Of a DNA stretch of 64,000 bases, positions 20,995 to 30,728 are shown one piece after another. The position numbers were made by a program, and so were the translations under genes. The notes beneath the pieces were generated by a model. The model had not been told where the DNA came from. It was given only the letters and a program-made list of their open reading frames with translations, and searched no databases. The stretch comes from Betaproteobacteria bacterium SCGC AG-212-J23 (GTDB lineage Bacteria > Pseudomonadota > Gammaproteobacteria > Burkholderiales > SG8-39): contig LSTF01000047.1 in assembly GCA_001644455.1 (NCBI GenBank), positions 2,818-66,817 on the forward strand, given 5' to 3'. Position 1 is the stretch's first letter, and the number at the start of each line of letters is the position of its first letter.

Positions 20995-21714
20995 ATGGCG
21001 AGCTTCGGCCAGTTCTGCCCGGTGGCGGTGGCGAGCGAGATCTTCGCCGAGCGCTGGACGCCGATCATCCTGCGCGAGCTCTTCAGCGGCAGCCACCGCT
21101 TCAACGAGATCCATCGCTGCATTCCGCTCATCTCGCGGCCGCTGCTCGCGCGGCGCCTGCGCGACCTGGAGGCGGCGGGCGTGATCCAGAGCACGCCATC
21201 CCCCAAGGGAAAGCCGCGGGAATACCACCTCACCGATTCGGGGCGCGAGTTCCGCGCCGCGATCGACGCGCTCGGCACGTGGGGACAGCGCTGGACGGTG
21301 CGCGTGCAGCGCGACAACCTGGACTCGGGGCTGCTCATGTGGAACGTCCGCCGCCGCATCGCGCTCGACCGCTTGCCGGAGCGCCGCGTGCTCGTGCGCT
21401 TCGAGTTCCGCGGCGTCCCCGCCGGGCGCAGCATGCTGAAGAAATGCTGGCTGATCCTCGAGCGCTCGGGATGCGACGTGTGCCTCAGCGATCCCGGCCA
21501 CGAGGTCGACGTCTGGGTCGACGCCGATCTCGCGAGCATGACGAAGGTCTGGCTCGGCGACCTTTCGTTCGCCGAGGCGGTGCGCGAGAAGAAGATCCGC
21601 CTCGCCGGCACGCCGGCGCTGGTGCGCGAGTTCCCGGCTTGGCTGCTGCTCAGCCACTTCTCGGCCGTGCCGCGGCCGCCCCAAAAAGGAGAGTTGCATG
21701 AACGCACGAGCTGA
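20995..21714 (+). CDS. HxlR-type winged-helix regulator with C-terminal SCP2-like region
   Basis: FGQFCPVA, ERWT.IILREL, Y.LT..G.E, CL.DPG.EVD. Confidence 0.85.
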   Translation: MASFGQFCPVAVASEIFAERWTPIILRELFSGSHRFNEIHRCIPLISRPLLARRLRDLEAAGVIQSTPSPKGKPREYHLTDSGREFRAAIDALGTWGQRWTVRVQRDNLDSGLLMWNVRRRIALDRLPERRVLVRFEFRGVPAGRSMLKKCWLILERSGCDVCLSDPGHEVDVWVDADLASMTKVWLGDLSFAEAVREKKIRLAGTPALVREFPAWLLLSHFSAVPRPPQKGELHERTS

Positions 21715-22810
21715 CTGGCGCACCACACTCGCGACGCTCGCGCCGACTTTCGCCGCGCGCGCCGCGCTGCTCGACGAGGGCGACGAATTCGCGGCGGAGA
21801 ACTACGCCGAGCTCAAGGCGAGCGGGCTTTTCGCCGCGGGCGTGCCGCAGGAGCTCGGCGGCCTGGGCTTGGAGCTCGCCGAGCTGTGCGAGATGCTGCG
21901 CACGCTCGCGCGCTCGTGCCCGAGCACCGCGCTCGCGTTCGCGATGCACACGCACCAGGTGACGATCAACGCCTGGCGCTGGCGGCACCAGAAGGCGCCG
22001 GTCGCGCCGATGCTGGAGAAAGTCGCGCGCGAAGGCATGGTCATCGTCTCGACCGGCGGCGGCGACTGGCTGGACAGCTCGGGCGACGCCGTCCCGGCAG
22101 AGGGCGGCTTCCGCGTCAGCGCGCGCAAGGCCTTTGCCAGCGGTTCGCCGGCGGGCAGCGTCGCTTCGACCTCGGCGATCGTGCGCGACGGCAAATCGCC
22201 GGCGGAGGTCATCCATTTCATGGTGCCGATGACCGCCAAGGGCGTGTCGATCGCGCCGACCTGGCGGACGATGGGCATGCGCAGCACCGCATCGCACGAT
22301 CTCCTGATGGAAGACGTGTTCGTGCCGGAAGCGGCGGTGGGAATACGCCGCCCGCAGGGAAAGTGGCACGTGCTGTTCCACCTCGTCTGCATGCTTGCGC
22401 AGCCGATCGTCTACGGGGTCTACGTCGGCGTGGCGGAGGCGGCGCGCGAGCGCGCGCTCGCGCTGGTGCGCAAGCGCCGCCCAGACGAGCACCTCCTGCA
22501 GGCGGTGGGCGAGATGGAGAACCGGCTCGAGTCGGCGCGCATCGCGCACACCGACTGGGTCGCCTTCAGCAGCGCCGCCCAGCCGGGACCGGCCACCACC
22601 AGCAAGGCGATGATCAACCGCACGCTGGTCGCCCGCGGCGTGCTGGGCACGGTCGATGCGGCGATGGAAGTCGCCGGCGGCGCGGGCTTCTTCCGCGCCA
22701 ACGGCCTGGAGCGCCTATTCCGCGACGCGCAGGGCGCCCGCTTTCACCCGCTGCAGGAAGGCCTGCAGAAGACGCTGAGCGCGCGGGTCGCGCTCGGGCT
22801 GGAGATCTAG
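21698..22810 (+). CDS. Acyl-CoA dehydrogenase family protein
   Basis: VPQELGG, K.FASGS, W..MGMRSTASH, LERLFRD. Confidence 0.88.
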   Translation: MNARADWRTTLATLAPTFAARAALLDEGDEFAAENYAELKASGLFAAGVPQELGGLGLELAELCEMLRTLARSCPSTALAFAMHTHQVTINAWRWRHQKAPVAPMLEKVAREGMVIVSTGGGDWLDSSGDAVPAEGGFRVSARKAFASGSPAGSVASTSAIVRDGKSPAEVIHFMVPMTAKGVSIAPTWRTMGMRSTASHDLLMEDVFVPEAAVGIRRPQGKWHVLFHLVCMLAQPIVYGVYVGVAEAARERALALVRKRRPDEHLLQAVGEMENRLESARIAHTDWVAFSSAAQPGPATTSKAMINRTLVARGVLGTVDAAMEVAGGAGFFRANGLERLFRDAQGARFHPLQEGLQKTLSARVALGLEI

Positions 22811-23592
22811 AAAAACAGCTTCGAGCTGTTTTCGGCGAAGACTTTTTCCCGCGCCGCGTCCGGAACCCACTCCAGCGCGGCGTCGATCGTCTCGCGATAC
22901 TTCGCGACCTTCTCGTTGCCGACGAACGGGCAATCGCTCGCCCAGAGCAGCCGGTCGGGGCCGTGCACTCGCAGAAGCTCGCGGCCGTAGCTCGCGCATT
23001 CCGCCTTGCCCAGGCGGTAGATGCCGGAGACCTTGACCCAGGTGCGGCCGTTCTCCATGAGCTTCAGCAGCATCTGGAAGCCGGCGCAGCGGATGCCGAG
23101 CTTCGGATCGGGACGCCCGAAGTGGTCGACGGCGAGCTTCACGCCCGACGCCTCGAGCACCGGCAAGACCTGCGGCAGGCGCGGCCCGTCGAGGTGCAGG
23201 TGCACGTGCCAGTCGAGGTCGCGGATGCGCCGCAGCGTGCGCTGCCACTCGAAGCCGGTCATGTCCGGCAGCGCCTTGAGGCTGATGAAGGGCAGGCGCA
23301 CGCCGGCGATGCCGTCGTTCTTCATGCCCTGCAGGACATTGCGCTCGACCGACGGATCGAGGATCACGGTGCCGCGCAGGCGCGCCTTGTTCGCGCGCAC
23401 CGAGGCGATCAGGTAATCGTTGTAGTCGCCGTAGGGGCTGGCGGCCGCGAGCAGGGCGCGCTCGACGCCGTGCTCGTCGAGCACCTTCAGGTACTGCTCG
23501 ATGGAAAAGTCGTAGGTGATGCGGTGGCGCGGATCGGGGATGTGCGGCATGTCCTTGAGGAAGACATGCGCATGCGCATCGACCATCTTCAT
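22807..23592 (-). CDS. Amidohydrolase family 2 (PDC-hydrolase-like)
   Basis: DAHAH, SPYG, DHFGRP, WVKVSG, WASDCP. Confidence 0.85.
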   Translation of the reverse strand: MKMVDAHAHVFLKDMPHIPDPRHRITYDFSIEQYLKVLDEHGVERALLAAASPYGDYNDYLIASVRANKARLRGTVILDPSVERNVLQGMKNDGIAGVRLPFISLKALPDMTGFEWQRTLRRIRDLDWHVHLHLDGPRLPQVLPVLEASGVKLAVDHFGRPDPKLGIRCAGFQMLLKLMENGRTWVKVSGIYRLGKAECASYGRELLRVHGPDRLLWASDCPFVGNEKVAKYRETIDAALEWVPDAAREKVFAENSSKLFF

Positions 23593-24542
23593 TGCTGTGG
23601 AATGCCGGCTTTCTCGATCACCGCTTTCCATTTGGCGATGTCTCTGGCCATCTGGTCGCGCAGCTCCTCCGGCTTGCCGGCGTAGGCGAGCGTGCCCTGC
23701 TCGAGGAGCTTCGCCTTGAAGTCGGGCTGCGCGATGACGGCGTTGACGTGCCGGTTGAGCGCCGCGATCGCCTCGCGCGGCGTGCCGGCGGGCGCGGCGA
23801 GCGCGTTCCAGCCGGTGACGAGGTAGCCGGGGAGCCCCGCTTCGGCGGAGGTCGGCACCTCGGGCAGGTAGCCGTAGCGTTTTTCCGCCGTGCTGGCGAG
23901 CGGCTTGAGGCGCCCGCCGGAGATCAGGCCCTTCATCGCCGTGTACGACTCGAACACCGCGTCGGCGTTGCCGGACATGACCGCGGTGGCGGCCTCTCCC
24001 GAGGTCTTGAACGCGACGATCTGCACGTCGATGCCGGCGACCGACTTGAAGAGCTCCGCCGACAGGTTCTGCGTGCTGCCGGGGTTGATGGTGGCGAAGT
24101 TGAGCTTGCCGGGATTCTTCCTCGCCGCGGCGATGAGATCGGCGAGCTTCGCGTGGCGCTCGGGGTTCACCAGCACCAGCAGGTCGAAGTAGGTGACGAG
24201 CGACACCGGCGCGAAGTCGGCCTGCGGGTCGTAGGGGAGCTGCTTGAAGAGCGACCTGGCGATGGCGGTGCCGTTCGCCACCACGAGCAGCGTGTGGCCG
24301 TCGGGCTTCGCCTTCTTCACGGCCAGCGCGGCGGTGACGCCGCCCGCGCCGGGCATGTTCTCGAACACCACCGGCTGGCCCATGAGCGGCGACATGCGCT
24401 CGCCGAGCGTGCGCATGGTGATGTCGGCGAGCCCGCCCGGCCCGAAGGGGATGACGATGTGGACCGGGCGCTGCGGAAACGCCTGCGCCAGCGCCGCCGC
24501 GGGCAGCGCGAGCAGCGCGGCGGCGGCTAGCGCGCGCAGCAT
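23589..24542 (-). CDS. Bug/TctC substrate-binding protein
   Basis: IPFGPGGLAD, ENMPGAGG, PDGHTL. Confidence 0.9.
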   Translation of the reverse strand: MLRALAAAALLALPAAALAQAFPQRPVHIVIPFGPGGLADITMRTLGERMSPLMGQPVVFENMPGAGGVTAALAVKKAKPDGHTLLVVANGTAIARSLFKQLPYDPQADFAPVSLVTYFDLLVLVNPERHAKLADLIAAARKNPGKLNFATINPGSTQNLSAELFKSVAGIDVQIVAFKTSGEAATAVMSGNADAVFESYTAMKGLISGGRLKPLASTAEKRYGYLPEVPTSAEAGLPGYLVTGWNALAAPAGTPREAIAALNRHVNAVIAQPDFKAKLLEQGTLAYAGKPEELRDQMARDIAKWKAVIEKAGIPQQ

Positions 24543-24552
24543 GCTCAGGACC

Positions 24553-25347
24553 TCAGCCGCGCAAGCCGCGCGCCGCGAACGTCTGCAGCTCGAGCGTCTT
24601 GCCGTTCAGCTTGCCCTTGTATTCCTTGCCGCCGGCGCTGAAGGAGATCTCCTCGCCGCGCACCCGGCCTTCGAGGGCGAGCGTCTTGCCCTCGGTGCGC
24701 AGCGTGCCGGTGAGCATCTGGAATTCCTGCTTGAACGTCACGTCGCCCGCCGGCGTCTTGTAGCTGCCGGCGACTTTCGCCGGCACGATCCAGAGCAGCG
24801 CCGTGCACCACGAGCTCTCGCAGCCGTTGTCGGCGTGGCCGGTCTCGTCGGCCTGCCAGTCGCCCATGGTGAAGGTGTTGGAGACGATGCGCGTGCCGGG
24901 CTTCATGTTGAGGATCTTCGGCCGCAGGCGCAGGTTGATGTCCGGCAGCAGGAAGAGCGTGATCACGGTCGCCTTGGAGAAGTCGGTCTCGAACAGGTCC
25001 GCCTTGACGAAGGTCGCCTTGCCGGCGACGCCTTCCTTCTGCGCGTTGCGCTTCGCCAGCTCCACCATGTCCGGGTTGTACTCGATGCCCATCGAGCGCG
25101 CGCCGCGCTTCGCCGCGGTGATGACGGTGCGGCCGTCGCCCGAGCCGAGATCCATGTGGAAGTCCTGCGGCGTGAGCTTCGCCATGTCGAGCATCTTGTT
25201 CACCAGCGTCTGCGGCGTCGGCACCCAGACGACGTCCTTGCCTTCCTGGCCGACGGTGGGTTCGAAAGTCGATTGGGATTGCGCGAATGCAAGGTTGCTG
25301 AAGGCGAAAAGAAGGGCGAGGGTAAGTCGTGACATAAGCGTAAGCAT
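24553..25347 (-). CDS. Class I SAM-dependent methyltransferase with apparent signal peptide
   Basis: DVVWVPTP, DLGSGDGR, LFLLP, PGTRIVS. Confidence 0.85.
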   Translation of the reverse strand: MLTLMSRLTLALLFAFSNLAFAQSQSTFEPTVGQEGKDVVWVPTPQTLVNKMLDMAKLTPQDFHMDLGSGDGRTVITAAKRGARSMGIEYNPDMVELAKRNAQKEGVAGKATFVKADLFETDFSKATVITLFLLPDINLRLRPKILNMKPGTRIVSNTFTMGDWQADETGHADNGCESSWCTALLWIVPAKVAGSYKTPAGDVTFKQEFQMLTGTLRTEGKTLALEGRVRGEEISFSAGGKEYKGKLNGKTLELQTFAARGLRG

Positions 25348-25388
25348 GGAGAACTCGTGGTTGGGTGACATATGATCGTAGCGTAGCC

Positions 25389-26114
25389 ATGCGAGCGATA
25401 GCGCTGTTTCGCGGGTTGGTGATTCTCGTCGCGGCCGCGGCGGCGCTGGCATTGCTCGCGTCGGGGCCGGGCTATCGGCTGGGAGCCTGGCACTTCCGCG
25501 TCGGCATCTCTTTGGTGCGCTGGTCCGGATACCTCGGCATCGCCGGCGCGGTGCTCGCCCTCGTGGCGCTGGTCGTGCCGCGCCTGCGGGCGGGAGCGGC
25601 GCGGAGCCTCGCGGCCGCGCTCGTCGTCGCCGGCACGGTCGGCGGCATCACGGGCTATTGGGCCTCGCGCGCGGCCTCGCTGCCGCGCATCCACGACATC
25701 ACCACCGACACCGAGAATCCGCCGCAGCTCGTCGCCGCGCTGCCGCTGCGCGCCGGGGCGGAGAACACCGCGGTCTATGGCGGGCCGAAGCTCGCCGCCG
25801 AGCAGAAGCAGGGCTATCCGGACCTCGCGCCGCTGTCGCTGCCGCTCGCGCCGGCGGCCGTATTCGAGCGCGCACGCATGGCGGCGGCGGAAATGGGCTG
25901 GCAGATCGTCGCCGCCGATCCCGCCGGCGGCCGGATCGAGGCGACCGACACCACCGCCTGGTTCGGCTTCCACGACGACATCGTGGTGCGCGTCGTCGCC
26001 GCGGGCAGCGGCAGCCGCGTCGACGTGCGCTCGGTGTCGCGCGTCGGGCGCAGCGACATCGGCACCAACGCGAAGCGGATCCGCGGCTTCCTGGCGCGGC
26101 TAAGCGCCGCCTGA
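25389..26114 (+). CDS. DUF1499 domain membrane protein
   Basis: IHDITTD, FGFHDD, VDVRSVSRVGRSDIGTNA.RI. Confidence 0.88.
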   Translation: MRAIALFRGLVILVAAAAALALLASGPGYRLGAWHFRVGISLVRWSGYLGIAGAVLALVALVVPRLRAGAARSLAAALVVAGTVGGITGYWASRAASLPRIHDITTDTENPPQLVAALPLRAGAENTAVYGGPKLAAEQKQGYPDLAPLSLPLAPAAVFERARMAAAEMGWQIVAADPAGGRIEATDTTAWFGFHDDIVVRVVAAGSGSRVDVRSVSRVGRSDIGTNAKRIRGFLARLSAA

Positions 26115-26819
26115 TTTCCTGAGAAGGCCGACGAAGTCGGCGAGCTCGTTCCGGTTCAGGTCGGAAACGACGTAGTAGCGCAAGCCCGCGGCGCTGAACT
26201 GCTCCACATTGAAGCCATCCTTGGTAAGGCCGCGTTCCGTCGTCACCCCCGCGGAGGCGGGGGCGCGGCCGACGTAGACGTCGATCAGGTGCTGGCGCCG
26301 CTTGTAGACCATCACCGCGACCGGCTCGCCGCCGACGAAGTCGAGCCGGCCGCCGGCGAGCTCGAAGCCCGCCGGCGAGAAATCGGCGACCGCCGGCGAG
26401 AACGGCAGCCGCGCGCTGAACCACGGCTTGACGGTGTGCTGGTCCGAGGAGGCGACGTCGATCAGCCGGCCGGAGAGGTTGGCGCGCACGTGCGCCGCGA
26501 CCGCTTCGCTTGCGAACCCTTCGTCTCCGCCGGGACGCCCGACGATCAGGCCGGTGGCGAAGGCGATGGCGGCGACGGCGGCGAACGCGCCGGCGAGCAA
26601 CGCCGGCCGCTTCGCGACGCGGCTCGCCGCCCGCAGGTGCGCGGGCGCGCGGAAATACTCGGCCTGCGTGCGCACCGCCGCCGAGGTGTCTCGCAGGCGC
26701 TCGTAGGCGGCGCGCAGAGACGGGTCCGCGGCCATGCGCGACTCGAGCTCGAGGATCGAGGCGGCATCGAGCTCGCCGTCGACGTAGGCGTGCAGCGCGC
26801 GGCCGTCGTCGCTCTTCAT
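26100..26819 (-). CDS. Transmembrane anti-sigma factor
   Basis: AYVDGEL, TM helix, SSDQHTVKPWF, GGRLD. Confidence 0.88.
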   Translation of the reverse strand: MKSDDGRALHAYVDGELDAASILELESRMAADPSLRAAYERLRDTSAAVRTQAEYFRAPAHLRAASRVAKRPALLAGAFAAVAAIAFATGLIVGRPGGDEGFASEAVAAHVRANLSGRLIDVASSDQHTVKPWFSARLPFSPAVADFSPAGFELAGGRLDFVGGEPVAVMVYKRRQHLIDVYVGRAPASAGVTTERGLTKDGFNVEQFSAAGLRYYVVSDLNRNELADFVGLLRKSGGA

Positions 26820-27337
26820 TTGTGCACTCTCAGCCGCGGCGCGGCGGCGACGCTCAGCGATTCGGCGAGCAGGCGCCGCGCGCGGGCGAGGCGGCTCATG
26901 ACGGTGCCGATCGGGATGCCGGCGACACGCGCGATGTCGCGGTAGGAGAGGTCTTCCAGCTCGCGCAGCACCAGCACCTCGCGGAATTGCACCGGCAGCG
27001 CGGCGATCGCCTCGTTGAGCAGGCGCCGGTCGAGCGTGCGGGCGAGCGCCGCCTCGGGACCGGGGAGCGAATCGTCGGCGATGCCATCGTCGAGCGGCTC
27101 GACGTCGGCAGGCCGGTTCGCCTGCAGCCAGGACCAGCAGGCGTTGCGCACCACCGCGAGCAGCCAGGGCCGCGCTTCGCCGCGCAATCCGGCGAAGTGA
27201 CGGTAGGCGCGCAGCATCGCTTCCTGCAGCACGTCGTCCGCGTCATGGTCGTTGCGCGTCAGCCAGCGCGCGAGGTTGTACGCCGCATCGAGGTGCGGCA
27301 GCACCGTCTGCTCGAAGCGCGCCCGATCGCCATTCAC
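26816..27337 (-). CDS. ECF sigma factor (ECF26-like context)
   Basis: LPHLDAAYNLARWL, IPIGTVMSRLARAR. Confidence 0.92.
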   Translation of the reverse strand: MNGDRARFEQTVLPHLDAAYNLARWLTRNDHDADDVLQEAMLRAYRHFAGLRGEARPWLLAVVRNACWSWLQANRPADVEPLDDGIADDSLPGPEAALARTLDRRLLNEAIAALPVQFREVLVLRELEDLSYRDIARVAGIPIGTVMSRLARARRLLAESLSVAAAPRLRVHK

Positions 27338-27672
27338 GGCAGCACTTTTACCACGCCGCCCATGTCCTCGTGGCCCGAGCCGCAGAACACGTCGCAGACG
27401 AACTCGAACTCGCCCGGCCGGTCGGGGGTGAACGCGAGGCGCACCGGCTTCCCCGGGGGAATCTCCGTATTCAGCTTCAGGCCGGGTGCGTCGAAGCCCA
27501 TCGCCACCTCCGGCGCCGTGAGCTCGAGGATTACCGGCACGCCGACGCGAAGCGTGATCTCGGCCGGCTCGAACACGAACTTGCGCGCCACGATGCGAAT
27601 CACCTCGGGCTCGGCGCGGGCGCTGCCCATGGCGGCAGCCAGCGCCCCGAGGAGCAGGGTCCTGCGCTTCAT
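27334..27672 (-). CDS. Cupredoxin (CuA-like) domain exported protein
   Basis: CDVFCGSGHEDM motif; RR signal. Confidence 0.85.
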   Translation of the reverse strand: MKRRTLLLGALAAAMGSARAEPEVIRIVARKFVFEPAEITLRVGVPVILELTAPEVAMGFDAPGLKLNTEIPPGKPVRLAFTPDRPGEFEFVCDVFCGSGHEDMGGVVKVLP

Positions 27673-28553
27673 GCTTTGACGACGGGATACTCGGTGAGCT
27701 TGTACTCGTCGTGCTCAGCCTCGACTTCGCGGAAGCCCAGGCCGCGATAAGGCTGCGCCGGATCCCAGGCGATCGGCGCGCGCTTGGGCTGCGAGCCCGG
27801 CGCGGGCAGCGGGAAGATGAGCGACTTCGCCGAGTGGTGCTCGATGTGCGCGGTCTTGAAATGGTGCTCCTGGTGGATGTGGCCGTAGAACACCGTGACG
27901 TTGCGGTGGGGCATGAGCAGCTCGATCGCCTGCTCGCCGTCCTTGGTCGCCCAGTCCCACTGCGGGAAGAGCGGGAAGAGCGGCCGGTGGGTGAGCACCA
28001 CGATGCGCGCGTCGGCGGCCTGCTTCGCGAGGTCGGCCTTCAGCCAGGCGAGCTGCTCCTCGCCGATGCGCGCCGCCGGGTCGCTGACGTTGTCGAGGGC
28101 GATGAAGTGCACGCCCTTGTGGTCGAAGCTGTAGTGCGTCTCGCCGAAGAATTCCTTGTAGGCTTCGCCGCGGTCGAGCGAGGCGTCATGCTCGCCGGGC
28201 ATCAGACGAACATCTTTCACCTTGAGCTCGGAAATGATTTTCTTGAATTCTGCAAGGCGCCGTCGCCGCTCCGCCGGGTCGTCGGTCGTGTGCGTCAGGT
28301 CGCCGGTGAAGACGATGAAATCGGGCTGGGGATCGAGCGCGTTGACCGCGGCCACCGCCTTGGGCAGCGTCACTTTCGCGTCGGGGTTGGGCGCGCCCTG
28401 GAAGCCCCAGTGCGTGTCCGAGAGCTGGACGAAGTAGAACTCGTCGGCCTCCGACTTCGCCGCTCGCGAGGCGCAGCCGGAAAGGCCTGAAGCGAAAACC
28501 AGGCCGCCGAAGCTCGCGACCTTGAGGAAATCCCTGCGGTTGATTGGGTGCAT
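27669..28553 (-). CDS. Tat-exported metallophosphoesterase
   Basis: RRDFLK, SDTH, TGD, GEHD, GHIH. Confidence 0.9.
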   Translation of the reverse strand: MHPINRRDFLKVASFGGLVFASGLSGCASRAAKSEADEFYFVQLSDTHWGFQGAPNPDAKVTLPKAVAAVNALDPQPDFIVFTGDLTHTTDDPAERRRRLAEFKKIISELKVKDVRLMPGEHDASLDRGEAYKEFFGETHYSFDHKGVHFIALDNVSDPAARIGEEQLAWLKADLAKQAADARIVVLTHRPLFPLFPQWDWATKDGEQAIELLMPHRNVTVFYGHIHQEHHFKTAHIEHHSAKSLIFPLPAPGSQPKRAPIAWDPAQPYRGLGFREVEAEHDEYKLTEYPVVKA

Positions 28554-28571
28554 GGCACCTCCTTCCCCTGC

Positions 28572-28600
28572 ATGACCGGGGAGGGCGCCGTTTTATTCCC
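28572..28600 (-). promoter_or_regulatory. Putative ECF-sigma autoregulatory promoter
   Basis: GGAATAAA...GTCA upstream of the operon that encodes the ECF sigma. Confidence 0.5.
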
Positions 28601-28612
28601 GCCTTTTAATCC

Positions 28613-28768
28613 CTAATCGTTCTGAACGTTGGGGAAGAGGAAGCCGAAGGTGCAGATGCACGCGATCAGCTTCACGATGAAGACGGTCTTCTGCCGCGAC
28701 GTCATGTCGGCGTACTTGGTGCCGGTTGGATACTTGATGTGCTTCTCAAAGGGGCTGGCTTTGCCCAT
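28613..28768 (-). CDS. Small single-TM protein (51 aa), absent from the ORF track
   Basis: MGKASPFEKHIKYPTGTKYADMTSRQKTVFIVKLIACICTFGFLFPNVQND*; GC3-rich codons. Confidence 0.6.
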   Translation of the reverse strand: MGKASPFEKHIKYPTGTKYADMTSRQKTVFIVKLIACICTFGFLFPNVQND

Positions 28769-29240
28769 CGCGAAATCCTTTGTGCCAGTGACGGCGTAGA
28801 AGAACCGGGTTCTCTTCGGACCGCTCGACGGCGGCGAATTCCAGGGCGAAGGCGAGGGCTTCCATGAAGGGCCCCGCCTGCAGGGGCTTGGCGAGGACCT
28901 GGAAGAAGCCGGCCTCGAGGCCCTTGACGATGGCCTCGGGCGCGAGGCTGGCGCCGAGCGCGAGGATGGGGGCCGTATCCGTGGCCGGGTCTGCGCGGAG
29001 CAGCCCGACGAGAGCCGCGGCGCTACCCGGCCCGGGCAGGTCGATGTTGATCAGGATCACGTCCGGCCGCTCGCCGCGCGCGCACTCGATGCCGAGGTTC
29101 GTGTCCGCCGCGCGCAGCAGCAGCAGGTCCTTGCGGTCCGCGAGCAACCCCTCCACCAGCGCGATGCTCTCGGCGTGGTCGTCGATGTACAGCAGCCGGC
29201 GGCGTCGCGGACCGGTTTTCGGCGTGGGTCGGGCAATCAT
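28746..29240 (-). CDS. Single-domain response regulator receiver (atypical)
   Basis: LLYIDD, PDVILINIDLPG, GLEAGF...KP. Confidence 0.75.
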   Translation of the reverse strand: MIARPTPKTGPRRRRLLYIDDHAESIALVEGLLADRKDLLLLRAADTNLGIECARGERPDVILINIDLPGPGSAAALVGLLRADPATDTAPILALGASLAPEAIVKGLEAGFFQVLAKPLQAGPFMEALAFALEFAAVERSEENPVLLRRHWHKGFRDGQSQPL

Positions 29241-29324
29241 GACGACACCCTCCCACGCCGGCACGGCGGCGTCTGTGGGGTGGAGTGCTTAGCGGGACCG
29301 GACTTTCATGGCCTATCATCGAGC

Positions 29325-30197
29325 ATGCGTTTGCCGCTCGCGGCGCTCATCCTGCTCGCCACGGATCCGCTTCTCGCTGCCACCATCGGTGGCCGGCTCA
29401 GCTATCCATCCGAGGAGCTGCCCGGGATGACGGTGGTGGCGCGCAACGCGGCGGGCGAGACCTTCAGCGTCGAGACCCGGCCGAAGCAGGCGCGCTACCG
29501 GATCGAGGTGCCCGAAGGCCGCTACGTGGTGTTCGCCATCGCGCAGGGCACCGGCGACGCGGCGGGCAAGGCGCCGCGCGGCGCGCACACCGCGTATTCG
29601 ATCTGCGCGCGCGACAAGGCGCGGCTGAAGGCCGGGCGCTGCACCACCGGGCCGCTCGAGGAAGTCGCCGTCACGCAGGCGCGCGGCCGCGAGGACGTGG
29701 ACGTCGACGACTGGTACATGCCCGAGGCGCTGACGGCGACGCTCGACCTGCAGGACCTCTTCGCACGCTACCCCGCCGACTTGAATCCGCCCGCGGCGAC
29801 GCGCTCGCCCGATCCCGCCACCGCGCCGCCCGGCGCGGATTTCGAGCGCATCCAGCGCGCCGCGACGCGCGGGCCGTTCTACGCCGGGCGGGTGGCGGTG
29901 GCGCGCTGGCCGTGCGGCGAGGGCTGCGAGAACTGGGCGCTGGTCGACGTGGCGAGCGGCCGCATCGTCGCCACCGAGGATGCGGCGCTGCAGCCGCTGC
30001 GCGGCGGCTTCCCGTGCAAGCGGGCCGAGGCGCTGGAGTTCAGCGAGGCGAGCCGGCTGATGCGCGTGCACCGCCTCGACGGCGAGCGCGTGGTGACGCG
30101 CGACTTCATCTGGTCCTACGACGCGGTGCGCCTCGAGCCCGCGGGCGAAAGCGCGCGCAGCGTGGAAGAGTTCTGCCTGGCCGCGGCAAGACGATGA
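29325..30197 (+). CDS. Hypothetical exported two-domain protein
   Basis: Signal peptide; G.LSYPSE beta-sandwich-like N-terminus; GP.YAG..WPCG.GC C-terminus. Confidence 0.65.
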   Translation: MRLPLAALILLATDPLLAATIGGRLSYPSEELPGMTVVARNAAGETFSVETRPKQARYRIEVPEGRYVVFAIAQGTGDAAGKAPRGAHTAYSICARDKARLKAGRCTTGPLEEVAVTQARGREDVDVDDWYMPEALTATLDLQDLFARYPADLNPPAATRSPDPATAPPGADFERIQRAATRGPFYAGRVAVARWPCGEGCENWALVDVASGRIVATEDAALQPLRGGFPCKRAEALEFSEASRLMRVHRLDGERVVTRDFIWSYDAVRLEPAGESARSVEEFCLAAARR

Positions 30198-30209
30198 TAG
30201 GGTGACGCC

Positions 30210-30725
30210 ATGAAAATCCTCCCGTTCGTTCTTTTCGCAAGCTTCGCTTTCGCCGACACGCCGCCGGTGCCGAAGGTGTTCAAGGGCATGCAGGGGCAGA
30301 AGGGCCAGTACCAGGTCGAGATGCTCGAAGCGGCCGGCAAGTCGAGCGCGCGGAAGATGACGATCTGCACCGACAACCTGATGAAGCCGCACGCCGAGGG
30401 CAAGGGGCGCAGCGAGGTGAGCTGCAAGTACAAGCTCCTCAAGGACACCGCCGACGAGGCGATGATCGAAAGCACGTGCAACGAGCGCACCAGCACCGTG
30501 ACGCTGAAGCGCGAGAACGCGAAGAGCATCCTCATGAGCATGCAGAGCACCGGGCCGCGGGGCGCGTCGAACATGAAGGCGCGTTACACCTACCTCGGCG
30601 CCTGCCGCGAGGGGCAGGGCACGATGTCGCTCGATCCGGACAGCCCGGAGTGCAAGCAGATGAAGGCGCAGGCCGCGCAGATGGACGCGAAGACGCGCGA
30701 GCGCCTCCTGGCGATGTGCAAGTGA
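30210..30725 (+). CDS. DUF3617-like exported protein
   Basis: Signal peptide; G.Y.V, Cys spacing, YLGAC. Confidence 0.65.
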   Translation: MKILPFVLFASFAFADTPPVPKVFKGMQGQKGQYQVEMLEAAGKSSARKMTICTDNLMKPHAEGKGRSEVSCKYKLLKDTADEAMIESTCNERTSTVTLKRENAKSILMSMQSTGPRGASNMKARYTYLGACREGQGTMSLDPDSPECKQMKAQAAQMDAKTRERLLAMCK

Positions 30726-30728
30726 CCG

